A stretch of DNA of 58,074 bases from Minisyncoccota bacterium (GTDB taxonomy: Bacteria; Patescibacteriota; Minisyncoccia; 2-02-FULL-40-12; GWA2-44-9): the NCBI GenBank assembly GCA_040899895.1, contig JBBDZW010000047.1, positions 1 to 58,074 of the forward strand. Direction: 5' to 3'. Shown in pieces: positions 16,452 through 24,791 of this stretch. A program made the translations under genes and the position numbers. Each line of letters begins with the position of its first letter. Position 1 is the stretch's first letter. A model generated the notes under the pieces. That model worked only from the letters and a program-made list of their open reading frames with translations, was not told the origin of the DNA and did no database searches.

Positions 16452-17825
16452 CTACTTTTCAAAAGAATTATAAACACGTTCTTTGATGAGAACCAACTCT
16501 TGTTTGATGTCTTCATCTACAGAAATTCCTCCGCGTATTTTTTCACAAGCATGAATAACCGTAGAGTGATCTCTTCCGCCAAGTTTTTGACCTATCTCAG
16601 GAAAAGAAAGCTTAGTTTCTTCCCTTAAGAGAAACATGGCTACTTGTCTGGGCTTAACCACCTCTTTTTTGCGACTCCTTTTTATTAAATCGTTTGCGGA
16701 GATATTATAAAAATCGGCAACGGCCCTAAGTATTATCTGAGGAGACGTTTTTCTGTACGGCGTGTTTAGATAAGCATTTAAAATATTTTTGACCTCTTTA
16801 AGGTCCGGAATTCTATTATAGATTTGGCTAAATGCGACAACTCTGTTTAATGCTCCTTCAAGTTCTCTGACATTTTTTTGAATATGCGTAGCTATATATG
16901 AAAGGACGTCTTCTTCCAAGGCAGATTTTTTTTCGGAAGCCTTAAATTTGAGAATAGCCAGCCTAGTTTCAAAATCAGGCGCACCAACATCGGCAATCAT
17001 CCCACCTTGGAAGCGGGACTTTAAACGTTCTTCCATTGCCGGAATAGCCTGTGGCGGTCTATCCGAAGACAGTAATATTTGTTTATTTCTGCCGTAGAGC
17101 TCATTAAAAGTTGAAAAAACTATATCTTGAGTTTTTATTTTTCCGGCAATGAACTGAATATCGTCTATCATAAGAAGGTCTAGTTTGGCGTATCTATTTT
17201 TTAAATCTTCAATTGTTTTATTTCCTATAGATTCCACAATGTCGGCGGTTAATCTTTCTGCTGAAATATACAAAACCTTTTTGTCTTTCCCTTCACCCAC
17301 AACCTTGTTTCCTATTGACTGAAGAAGATGGGTTTTTCCCAAACCAACTCCACCGTAAAGAAATAGCGGATTGTAAAGTTTCCCAAGCTCTTTAGTGACT
17401 CTTAAAGAGGCTGCGTGGGCTAACTCATTGTTTGAACCGACAACAAAGGACTCAAATGTATATTTTTTATTTAAATTTGTTTGCTTATCTATGTCATAAT
17501 CTCGGGATGTTTCATCTTTTTCTTCCATCTCGCTATCCAACATAATTTTTGAAAAATCTTGTTTAAGAAGCTCAATTTTAGGCCGGCCTACGGCATATTT
17601 TACTTCTCTTATCTCAGGAGTGAGGACTCTTATTGAATCCAAGATCCTTCTGTTGAATTTATTTTCAAGCCACTCTTTTATAAAACCGTTGGGAACACTA
17701 ACCAAAACACAATTCTTATCACGGGAGAGTATGGTTGTATTTTTAAACCAGGTTGTGAAATTGGCCCTTGATATGGATAATTCCATTTCTCCCAAGACCG
17801 CTTTCCAGAGTTCTTCGTTTGTCAT
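16452..17825 (-). CDS. dnaA: chromosomal replication initiator DnaA
   Basis: Walker A GGVGLGKTHLL, Walker B LLMIDDIQF, sensor motifs, C-terminal DNA-binding domain (GGRDHSTVIHA). Confidence 0.95.
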   Translation of the reverse strand: MTNEELWKAVLGEMELSISRANFTTWFKNTTILSRDKNCVLVSVPNGFIKEWLENKFNRRILDSIRVLTPEIREVKYAVGRPKIELLKQDFSKIMLDSEMEEKDETSRDYDIDKQTNLNKKYTFESFVVGSNNELAHAASLRVTKELGKLYNPLFLYGGVGLGKTHLLQSIGNKVVGEGKDKKVLYISAERLTADIVESIGNKTIEDLKNRYAKLDLLMIDDIQFIAGKIKTQDIVFSTFNELYGRNKQILLSSDRPPQAIPAMEERLKSRFQGGMIADVGAPDFETRLAILKFKASEKKSALEEDVLSYIATHIQKNVRELEGALNRVVAFSQIYNRIPDLKEVKNILNAYLNTPYRKTSPQIILRAVADFYNISANDLIKRSRKKEVVKPRQVAMFLLREETKLSFPEIGQKLGGRDHSTVIHACEKIRGGISVDEDIKQELVLIKERVYNSFEK

Positions 17826-17946
17826 AATTTCATTATAAATAAAATTGGAAGCATGAAAAATAAAAATCGTGCATATACTGTGTATAACAGGTTGAAAACT
17901 GTTGACAATATTGACAAGTTAAAAATTTAATCTGAAAAATTTAAAA

Positions 17947-17975
17947 TTGACTTAGAAGGCAAAAAATAATAAACT
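17947..17975 (+). promoter_or_regulatory. candidate sigma70-type promoter for rpmH operon
   Basis: TTGACT (17947-17952), a 17-nt spacer, then TAAACT (17970-17975), 7 nt before the rpmH ATG. Confidence 0.3.
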
Positions 17976-17982
17976 AAAGGTT

Positions 17983-18120
17983 ATGAAATCAACTACATAT
18001 AGGCCGAAGAAAAAGAAAAGGAAGTCAAAACACGGATTTTTGGGCCGGATGAACACTAAATCTGGCCGCAAAGTTCTGGCTAGAAGAAGAGCCAAGGGAA
18101 GAAAAAGGCTGACTGTTTAA
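17983..18120 (+). CDS. rpmH: 50S ribosomal protein L34
   Basis: 45-aa ORF below the track cutoff: [45 protein letters not shown]. Classic position upstream of rnpA. Confidence 0.9.
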   Translation: MKSTTYRPKKKKRKSKHGFLGRMNTKSGRKVLARRRAKGRKRLTV

Positions 18121-18154
18121 ATATTAAAATATTTAAACATTTAAATATTTCAGC

Positions 18155-18487
18155 ATGGCTTTGAATAAAAAAAATAGGCTTAAAAAAAAGAAAGACTTTG
18201 AAAAAGTCTTTAGTAGGGGCAAGTCCGTAAAAGGTAACTTTTTATTCGTCAAATATCTAGAAAATGATTTTGGATATCCCAGGATCGCTTTTGTTGTTTC
18301 TTCTAAGGTTTCAAAAAAAGCGGTTATTCGGAACAGGGTGAGAAGATTATTGTCTGAAACTTCTCGTATGTGGCTTACAAATATTAGACCCATGGATGTG
18401 GTGGTGATAGTAAATAAAAATATTATTAAAACACCCAAAGACAAGATAACCGAAGATCTGTCGGTTGTCTTTAAAAAAATAAAATGA
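18155..18487 (+). CDS. rnpA: ribonuclease P protein component
   Basis: Basic 110-aa protein with RnpA motifs ([31 protein letters not shown]). Synteny rpmH-rnpA-yidD-yidC. Confidence 0.9.
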   Translation: MALNKKNRLKKKKDFEKVFSRGKSVKGNFLFVKYLENDFGYPRIAFVVSSKVSKKAVIRNRVRRLLSETSRMWLTNIRPMDVVVIVNKNIIKTPKDKITEDLSVVFKKIK

Positions 18488-18711
18488 AAAATGCGGCAAT
18501 TAGGATTATTAATATATATAAAAATAATTCCAGTAGATTTTGGATTGGAAGCCCGTTTATTCTTTTCACAAACTGTAAATATCACCCAACGTGTTCAGAA
18601 TACACCACGCAAGCTATTGAGAAGTACGGGTTTTTCAATGGATTAGGCCGAGGAATTTTGAGGATACTGCGATGCAACCCCTTCTCTAAAGGAGGGATAG
18701 ATTTACCATAA
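18484..18711 (+). CDS. yidD: membrane protein insertion efficiency factor YidD
   Basis: [19 protein letters not shown]...[14 protein letters not shown] signature. Confidence 0.88.
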   Translation: MKNAAIRIINIYKNNSSRFWIGSPFILFTNCKYHPTCSEYTTQAIEKYGFFNGLGRGILRILRCNPFSKGGIDLP

Positions 18712-19403
18712 TGATGAATATGTTCAGCGAGATAATTTTTAGACCGCTTTTCAATATTACCGTATTTTTGTACAACATTCTTCCTTGGAATGACTTTGGC
18801 CTGGCAATAGTGGTTTTAACACTAATAATAAAACTAATTTTTATGCCTTTGACCCTCAAGTCAATAAGATCCCAAAAGAAACTTAGCCAACTTAACCCCA
18901 AAATAAAAGAAATCAAGGAAAAATATAAAAATGATACCAGAGCGCAATCTGAAGCCACGATGGCTTTTTATAAAGAAAAAGGAATTAATCCTCTGGCTGG
19001 ATGTTTGCCTCTCCTTATTCAAATCCCAATACTCATAGGTCTTTACCAGGCATTTATAGTGGGTCTTAAACCAGAAAGCTTGACCATGCTTTATGGTTTC
19101 GTAAAAAATCCAGGAATTGTAAACCAGATTTCCTTCGGTTTTATAGATATAGGTTCCAAGATGCCTGTTTTGGCTGTTGTTGCCGGTGGACTACAATTTA
19201 TCCAATCACGAACAAACCCCGCTTTGACCCAGGGTCCCGGCATGGCTCCGGAAATGAAAGCCTTGAACTCTCAAATGTTGTATTTTTTCCCGATTATGAT
19301 AATAATTATTGGTTGGAATTTGCCGGCCGGATTGTTGTTATATTGGCTGGCTACAACAGTTTTTTCAATCATTGAACAAACTTATGCTTCTAAATCTGCA
19401 TAA
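18711..19403 (+). CDS. yidC: membrane insertase YidC/Oxa1 (short form)
   Basis: 230 aa and polytopic. Conserved LKSIRSQKKLSQLNPKIKEIKEKYK amphipathic helix, GCLPLLIQIPI, LLLYW. Confidence 0.9.
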   Translation: MMNMFSEIIFRPLFNITVFLYNILPWNDFGLAIVVLTLIIKLIFMPLTLKSIRSQKKLSQLNPKIKEIKEKYKNDTRAQSEATMAFYKEKGINPLAGCLPLLIQIPILIGLYQAFIVGLKPESLTMLYGFVKNPGIVNQISFGFIDIGSKMPVLAVVAGGLQFIQSRTNPALTQGPGMAPEMKALNSQMLYFFPIMIIIIGWNLPAGLLLYWLATTVFSIIEQTYASKSA

Positions 19404-19408
19404 CCAAC

Positions 19409-19921
19409 ATGGACCTTATTGAAACAAACAAGGAAAAGATAATTGAAACTACAAAAAAGATAGTCGGTTTTATGAACCTTGAGTGTCAGGTGGAACTTCG
19501 GGAGGAGTTGGGTCCTGATAATAAAGTTAATTTGATGGTTTCAATGTACACTCCCGACAACGCCAGGTTTCTAATAGGAAAGAACGGACAAAATTTGAAA
19601 GCTTTTGAGCATTTAGTGAGATCAATATTTATGTCTGCCAAAATCGGAAAAGATGAATCATTTGCGCATACAAACCAAAGAATAACCAGTATTTCCGTTG
19701 ACGTTAATGACTATCGGCGTTCAAGGACTTCTTTTGTGATAGATATGGCTAAACAAGCAGTTTCAAGGGTGAGAAACAGCAGAAAGGCGGAAACGCTTCT
19801 TCCAATGTCGGCCTATGAGAGAAGAATGGTTCACTTGGAATTAGCTTCGTGTCCTGATATTGAGACAGAAAGTATAGGAGATGAGCCTCAAAGGAAAATA
19901 GTAATAAAACCTTTTCCATAA
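19409..19921 (+). CDS. jag: Jag/KhpB-type RNA-binding protein (KH + R3H domains)
   Basis: KH-like GKNGQNLKAFEHLV and R3H-like MSAYERRMVHLEL. Conserved position after yidC. Confidence 0.82.
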   Translation: MDLIETNKEKIIETTKKIVGFMNLECQVELREELGPDNKVNLMVSMYTPDNARFLIGKNGQNLKAFEHLVRSIFMSAKIGKDESFAHTNQRITSISVDVNDYRRSRTSFVIDMAKQAVSRVRNSRKAETLLPMSAYERRMVHLELASCPDIETESIGDEPQRKIVIKPFP

Positions 19922-19935
19922 AAACTTCTGCGGGA

Positions 19936-19975
19936 GCTACCGTGTTAAGGGTGACCCTTAACACGGTAGCTTTTT
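19936..19975. terminator. bidirectional terminator (16-bp perfect stem)
   Basis: gctaccgtgttaaggg-tga-cccttaacacggtagc followed by ttttt, between convergent jag and the PD40 gene. Confidence 0.85.
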
Positions 19976-19978
19976 ACA

Positions 19979-21067
19979 CTATTTCAAGCGAAGGGCGTAG
20001 AGTTTATCATCCATGCCATTGAGGACGATTATAAATTCATCCAGGACGGTCAATAGTAATTGATTGATGATGAGGCTTTTCTTGGGAGATGCGAGAAGCT
20101 CTTTTGTCTTATCTATTCCTATCTTATATATATCCTCTCCCCCGGTTCCAGATCTTGGAACCGAGCATATTACATATTCCCCGCCGAGTCCCCAGGCACA
20201 CTTGGAGGCAGTAGTTGAAACCTCAAGGGAGTTCTGTTTGTGGGAAGCCGAATCTCTGACAAATAGAGCTGTCCCGCTTCCTTTTTTGACAGAATAGAGA
20301 AGCTGGTTTCCGTCGGAGGACCACAGAAGTTCCACTTGACCGTCTTCGTCAATAAGTTTGGCCAGATTTCCCGTGACCGAAAGAGTAAAAACAGTGTCCC
20401 GCCCGTCGATACTTGTCTTTAACGCCAAACTGTCCTGAGACGGCTCGCCTGCCGGCGAGGCAGGCCAGTAAATTTCTAGTCCCACCAGGCGGGTATCCAA
20501 TATTTTTTTGGGAGCATCTCCGTCCGGGGCGGATATATAGATAGCGCTATTCAATCCTTGAGATTTAAAATAAGCCAAGCGGGAACCATCAGGAGAAAAT
20601 ACGGCGGATTTAACCAGTGTTCCAAAATCAGCCGTTTTTCTCGTTTGATAGTTGAAATATTTAAATTGTTTCCCATTTTGGGTCTGAAAAACGCTCACCA
20701 CCTCTTTTTTATTGGGAGACCAAATAGTTTCAATCAAATTTGAGAGCGGAGCGGTCGATATAATTTTTTCCTGCCGGTCTAAGGGGTTGACCTGAAAAGC
20801 TCTTCCGTCTCTTTGGTTGTAATACATCAAAGAATCTTTTTCTTTGGACAAGGTGACGGATAAAACCGAATCTTTGCTTAAGGCGACAAAATCTTTAGAG
20901 AGGTTTTCTTTTGAGGTTTGATTGCCATTAAACTTGTTTAGAATATTGTCACTCCCTATGCTGGCCGGTTGAGCGCTGAAATCATTCCGACTTATAAAAT
21001 ACCCGGCCCCAAAAGCCATTAAAGATAACAGTATCACCAGTGATATTAGTAAGAATTTACTGCTCAT
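19979..21067 (-). CDS. membrane-anchored PD40/TolB-like beta-propeller protein (last gene of T4SS-like operon)
   Basis: N-terminal TM helix. Repeated PD40-type blades (WSPNKKEVVSV, FSPDGSRLAYF, WSSDGNQLLYS). Contains an in-frame GC palindrome encoding PASPAGEP. Confidence 0.6.
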   Translation of the reverse strand: MSSKFLLISLVILLSLMAFGAGYFISRNDFSAQPASIGSDNILNKFNGNQTSKENLSKDFVALSKDSVLSVTLSKEKDSLMYYNQRDGRAFQVNPLDRQEKIISTAPLSNLIETIWSPNKKEVVSVFQTQNGKQFKYFNYQTRKTADFGTLVKSAVFSPDGSRLAYFKSQGLNSAIYISAPDGDAPKKILDTRLVGLEIYWPASPAGEPSQDSLALKTSIDGRDTVFTLSVTGNLAKLIDEDGQVELLWSSDGNQLLYSVKKGSGTALFVRDSASHKQNSLEVSTTASKCAWGLGGEYVICSVPRSGTGGEDIYKIGIDKTKELLASPKKSLIINQLLLTVLDEFIIVLNGMDDKLYALRLK

Positions 21068-21479
21068 ATTCTTCTTTTTCGTCTTGAGGCGGTTTACTCA
21101 TCCCTCTGTACATCCAGATAAGGGACAAGGTTCTAAAAGGAATGAATTCCATAATTGAAGCGAGAATAGGAAAGTTTTCTCCTATAAATCCGACCGCGAA
21201 TCTTTTCCACTGCTTCCTTGCGTTTCTGGACAATCCGATGCCGATGAATATAGCAACATCTACCAGAAATCCAAGAGGTACAGAAATTATTGCCCCCACT
21301 CCCGTGTAGGTTGTGATTATCTCAATTATGTCAACAAAAAGAGCAAAAAGTATCAGAACATAAGAACCGGCACCCATTTTGTAGGGTTCCCCCGACGCTT
21401 CGGTCGGGGCAAGCGGCTCTTGGCTTTCTATGTTTCTCTGTGCCTCAAGTTCATTTTGAATATCATATTCATCTGCCAT
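21057..21479 (-). CDS. small polytopic membrane protein (T4SS-like operon)
   Basis: 140 aa with an acidic N-terminus and about 3 hydrophobic helices. Overlaps the downstream gene by 11 nt and starts 2 nt after the VirB4 stop. Confidence 0.5.
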   Translation of the reverse strand: MADEYDIQNELEAQRNIESQEPLAPTEASGEPYKMGAGSYVLILFALFVDIIEIITTYTGVGAIISVPLGFLVDVAIFIGIGLSRNARKQWKRFAVGFIGENFPILASIMEFIPFRTLSLIWMYRGMSKPPQDEKEEYEQ

Positions 21480-21480
21480 G

Positions 21481-23253
21481 TTAGCTTCTTAATTTTGCCC
21501 ACTCTTCTTTGGCTTTTTCTATTTCAAGAAGTTGTTTCGGGTCAGAAGTGATTATTTGATCTTCGGCATAAGAGGCAACAACTCTGATGCCAATGTGGTT
21601 TTGTCCCAAAAAGAATAGACCAAATCCGACTCTGGCCTCAAGCAGGTAATATTTTTCGGCATCAGTCAGGTTGAATGTCTGCTGAGCGGCATCTATTGTT
21701 GCCGGCGATTGTTTCATTAGGACTTGGATTGAAGAGTTTGCGAGAACGCTTTTTCCAGACTCGCTGGCAAGAAATACAGACACATCTTGAGAAATTGTCG
21801 TCAGACCGGCATAATATTTTCTGGCTCGGCGGGCGATGTTTGCAATAAAATCGGCGCCAATAGGATATTTCATCAACAACCAAGCCTCGTCTATGGCTAA
21901 GATTCTCTTTTTTAAAACTCTTCTCATTGTTGTCCAGACATGGTTTAGAACGAGATACATTGCTATCGGTCTTAATTCTTCTTCCATATCTCTTATGCCG
22001 AATACAACCATTTGATTATCAAGTGAAACATTGGTTGGCCTGTTGAGGAATCCAGCAAACGTTCCTTGGGTGTATTTGCGTAGTCTAATCGCCATTGATT
22101 CAGCTCCAGTAAGGCCTTCAAGAATACTCTGGAGGTCGGACAAAAGAGGTGGTGAAGCCTTTGAAAAATCGCTTTCGGGCGTAATGTCTTTTAGGGCATA
22201 AGTTTGAATAAGAGCTTCGTCCAGTATTGCGCTTTCTTCCGGCGTCAGTTCTCCGAGAATGAGTCTAAGTAGCCCAGTTAGGTCAAGTATATGAGATTTA
22301 AAAACATCGGCCGGCGATTCGTCTGGTTTGGGTACGGGCAAATCAAATGGATTTATATGCTGGTCTGAATTTATGGATATTTTTACCGAAGTTCCTCCAA
22401 TGGTATCGGACAGATATTTATATTCATTTTCCGGGTCTAAAATAATAACCTGGGTTCCAAATATAAGGCTCCTCAATATTTCCAGTTTGACCGTGTACGA
22501 TTTCCCTCCGCCACTTTTCCCGAATACGACTGCGTTGGCGTTTTCCAGATTAAATCGGTCAAATAAAACAAGAGAATTGTTGTGGGTGTTGATGCCGTAA
22601 AGAACCCCGGAATTTGAAGTCAAATCAAAAGAAACGAAAGGAAATATTGAAGAGATGGGCTCAGTATTTAATGATGTGTGAATGTTGAGCTTGTCGTCGT
22701 TTAATGGAAGAGTAGAGGCGAATCCCTCGCCCATTCTAAAGATAGCCGATTTGGGATATACGAGTTGGTACTCCAATAAGCCCCGTATCTTGTTTTCTGT
22801 CTCATCAAGTTCTTTGAGGCTGTTTTCGTAGAGGGTGATATAAACCCCAAGTTCAAAAAACTTGTCTGTCCCCTGTTGAAGTTTGTCTCTTAAGATCTCA
22901 ATGTCTTGCATTGCCGTCTCAAGCATCGGGTCTCTGACCTTACCTTTGGAAGTTTCTTCCATGACCTGCGATTGAAGTCTGGCCAGCTGGTCCCGAAGCT
23001 GTTTCAAAACGGCGACGGTATTTTTGGGGAGTACAAAAATTGATACGTCTAAAACTCTATCAAGGTTCAATATCGGAGAAAACCAATTGGTTTGGAGATA
23101 CCTTGGAAATGTTGCTAAAAATATCGTCCGAGCATACTTGCTTCCAATTTGGAAATAATTTGGGGAAACGCTAAATGCTTCTGGCGCCAGAAGCTCGTCT
23201 AATTTTTTGGTTGCCTGCACCCCCCCTAATTGTGGACTTATCTCGTTAGCCAT
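21481..23253 (-). CDS. virB4: VirB4/TrbE-family conjugation-type ATPase, C-terminal (ATPase) portion
   Basis: Walker A FGKSGGGKSYT and Walker B RILAIDEAWLLM, with the C-terminal VirB4 layout. Start set to ATG 23253 (MANEIS...), which overlaps the upstream ORF stop within ATGGCTAA. Confidence 0.8.
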   Translation of the reverse strand: MANEISPQLGGVQATKKLDELLAPEAFSVSPNYFQIGSKYARTIFLATFPRYLQTNWFSPILNLDRVLDVSIFVLPKNTVAVLKQLRDQLARLQSQVMEETSKGKVRDPMLETAMQDIEILRDKLQQGTDKFFELGVYITLYENSLKELDETENKIRGLLEYQLVYPKSAIFRMGEGFASTLPLNDDKLNIHTSLNTEPISSIFPFVSFDLTSNSGVLYGINTHNNSLVLFDRFNLENANAVVFGKSGGGKSYTVKLEILRSLIFGTQVIILDPENEYKYLSDTIGGTSVKISINSDQHINPFDLPVPKPDESPADVFKSHILDLTGLLRLILGELTPEESAILDEALIQTYALKDITPESDFSKASPPLLSDLQSILEGLTGAESMAIRLRKYTQGTFAGFLNRPTNVSLDNQMVVFGIRDMEEELRPIAMYLVLNHVWTTMRRVLKKRILAIDEAWLLMKYPIGADFIANIARRARKYYAGLTTISQDVSVFLASESGKSVLANSSIQVLMKQSPATIDAAQQTFNLTDAEKYYLLEARVGFGLFFLGQNHIGIRVVASYAEDQIITSDPKQLLEIEKAKEEWAKLRS

Positions 23254-23884
23254 TTTGGTTTTGGAACTCTGTTTTAATGCCCGGGTTATACAGTCCATAA
23301 AAAAGGTTCATTAACTCACCCTCTTCAAGCAGTCTCGTTTTTAACCCTATTCCCACCAAACCGTCATATATCAACTCAACCCTTTGGAGCAGTTGATTCT
23401 TGTATGTTTCAAACTGTTCCGGGTTCAGTTCCTTGGCCACGCTTGATGGTTTGAATATGCTTTTCAGACTATTGGTTATTCCCATTTTTGAGGGAGATTC
23501 AAACACGTAAAAAGGGATAACAATATAAATCTTTTTGGACATTATGTTTGAAAGGTCCGAGAGCTCTTTTATGAACTTTGTGTATTCAACAGACTGAATT
23601 TTAAGCAATTCGCTGGTTAAAGATTCAGTAGATTTTTCTATGAGCTTCAAATAGTCGTCAATATCAAGTTTTCGGGAATTAATCACTATCTGCAAAGGAA
23701 AATCTATAGAGTTGAGAAATCTCTGGAAATTCTGCAGAATGGCTATTTGCTCACCCTCGGAACGCAGTTCAAAGTTTATTGCCGACACCTCAATCACCGC
23801 CCGTAAAGACCCGTTCTTAAGAACGACAATATTGCTTACAATGTTGGCAATGTCCACTAAATTTTTTGTTGACTGTGTGGCCAT
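23246..23884 (-). CDS. VirB4/TrbE N-terminal-domain-like protein (separate ORF)
   Basis: 212 aa. NGSLRAVIEVSAINFELRSEGEQIAILQNFQRFLNSIDFPLQIVINSRKLDIDDYL resembles the N-terminal region of VirB4/PrgJ ATPases. Combined length with the next ORF is about 800 aa. Confidence 0.55.
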   Translation of the reverse strand: MATQSTKNLVDIANIVSNIVVLKNGSLRAVIEVSAINFELRSEGEQIAILQNFQRFLNSIDFPLQIVINSRKLDIDDYLKLIEKSTESLTSELLKIQSVEYTKFIKELSDLSNIMSKKIYIVIPFYVFESPSKMGITNSLKSIFKPSSVAKELNPEQFETYKNQLLQRVELIYDGLVGIGLKTRLLEEGELMNLFYGLYNPGIKTEFQNQNG

Positions 23885-23970
23885 ATTAAATATTTATCAT
23901 TTACCATTTCCCAATTTCCATTGAATTAAACATTGTTTCATTTATTCATTTTCAGAAAATGTCTCAACGG

Positions 23971-24270
23971 CTAAATGGTAAATTTATCTCGCTCTTCTTT
24001 CTTGAATATATATTTTTTGGGATTCAATGCATAGGACAGACCGTACGATGCATAAACCAGCAACGGCACTCCGTCTATTTTCACAAAAGCCAGGGCGGTG
24101 AATATTGCCGCTATGGGCAATGCCAGAGCAATAAACAAAAAACCCTTGGTAAACATAAACAAAAGAAAGAGGACAGCCACCCCTCCGGCTACCCATAAAA
24201 ATTGCATGAGCGTGAACGGCCCGACAATCTTCACTTCGGTCTCAATAAATTGTGGCAGTTGGAATCTCAT
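23971..24270 (-). CDS. PrgI-family (VirB3-like) small membrane protein
   Basis: 99 aa. The N-terminal segment IVGPFTLMQFLWVAGG followed by two TM helices is typical of PrgI/VirB3-like proteins placed upstream of VirB4. Confidence 0.6.
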   Translation of the reverse strand: MRFQLPQFIETEVKIVGPFTLMQFLWVAGGVAVLFLLFMFTKGFLFIALALPIAAIFTALAFVKIDGVPLLVYASYGLSYALNPKKYIFKKEERDKFTI

Positions 24271-24782
24271 TGATTATTGTTTCTGTTTCTTAAGTCTACA
24301 ACATTATTGGGATTGGCGGGGGTATTTTGGTTTTTGGGCGACGGCGGGATATATTGAGATTGAGATGGTAAATCTTTTTGTGTTTTTTTGATATCCTCGA
24401 TTGCGGGACCTAATAGTTCACTGATTATTTTACTCTGTATCTGATATGCGGTGGTGGGGTCGGCCCCCAACTTTTCGGAGACTTTACTGGCCATCTCGTT
24501 GATGGAAAGGTCGCCAAGAAGCACGTCTCTGATTATTCTCGTGACCTCTGTTTTTTGTTCTGAATTTAAATTAAAACTTGGACCCAGGTTTTCTTCTATG
24601 AACTCCGCCGTAGGATGATTCATCAAAATATTCCTGACCGGTTCCGGCAAAGCGCGAACTCTTTGAGTGTACTCCGTAAAGAAGTTCTTTGGTTTAGGCA
24701 AAAACAGGTCCACATTGTACGGGGTTGCATAGGTCGACTCTTCCGGGATATCTTCTTGTTGATCTAAAATTTCTTCGTCCAT
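24267..24782 (-). CDS. hypothetical cytoplasmic protein (T4SS-like operon)
   Basis: 171 aa with an acidic N-terminus, a helical middle and a Pro/Asn-rich C-terminus. 4-nt overlap with the PrgI-like gene. Confidence 0.5.
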   Translation of the reverse strand: MDEEILDQQEDIPEESTYATPYNVDLFLPKPKNFFTEYTQRVRALPEPVRNILMNHPTAEFIEENLGPSFNLNSEQKTEVTRIIRDVLLGDLSINEMASKVSEKLGADPTTAYQIQSKIISELLGPAIEDIKKTQKDLPSQSQYIPPSPKNQNTPANPNNVVDLRNRNNNQ

Positions 24783-24791
24783 GTTATTTAA

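Noticed and set aside
18121-18154. A/T palindromic motif aatatttaaa(c)at recurring upstream of rnpA (18121-18150), between pilT and pilB (48728-48758) and at the 5' end of the minor pilin gene (43222-43250)
   Set aside because: The motif is short and made only of A and T, in a very AT-rich genome. I cannot distinguish it from chance or generic promoter-like sequence without genome-wide statistics.
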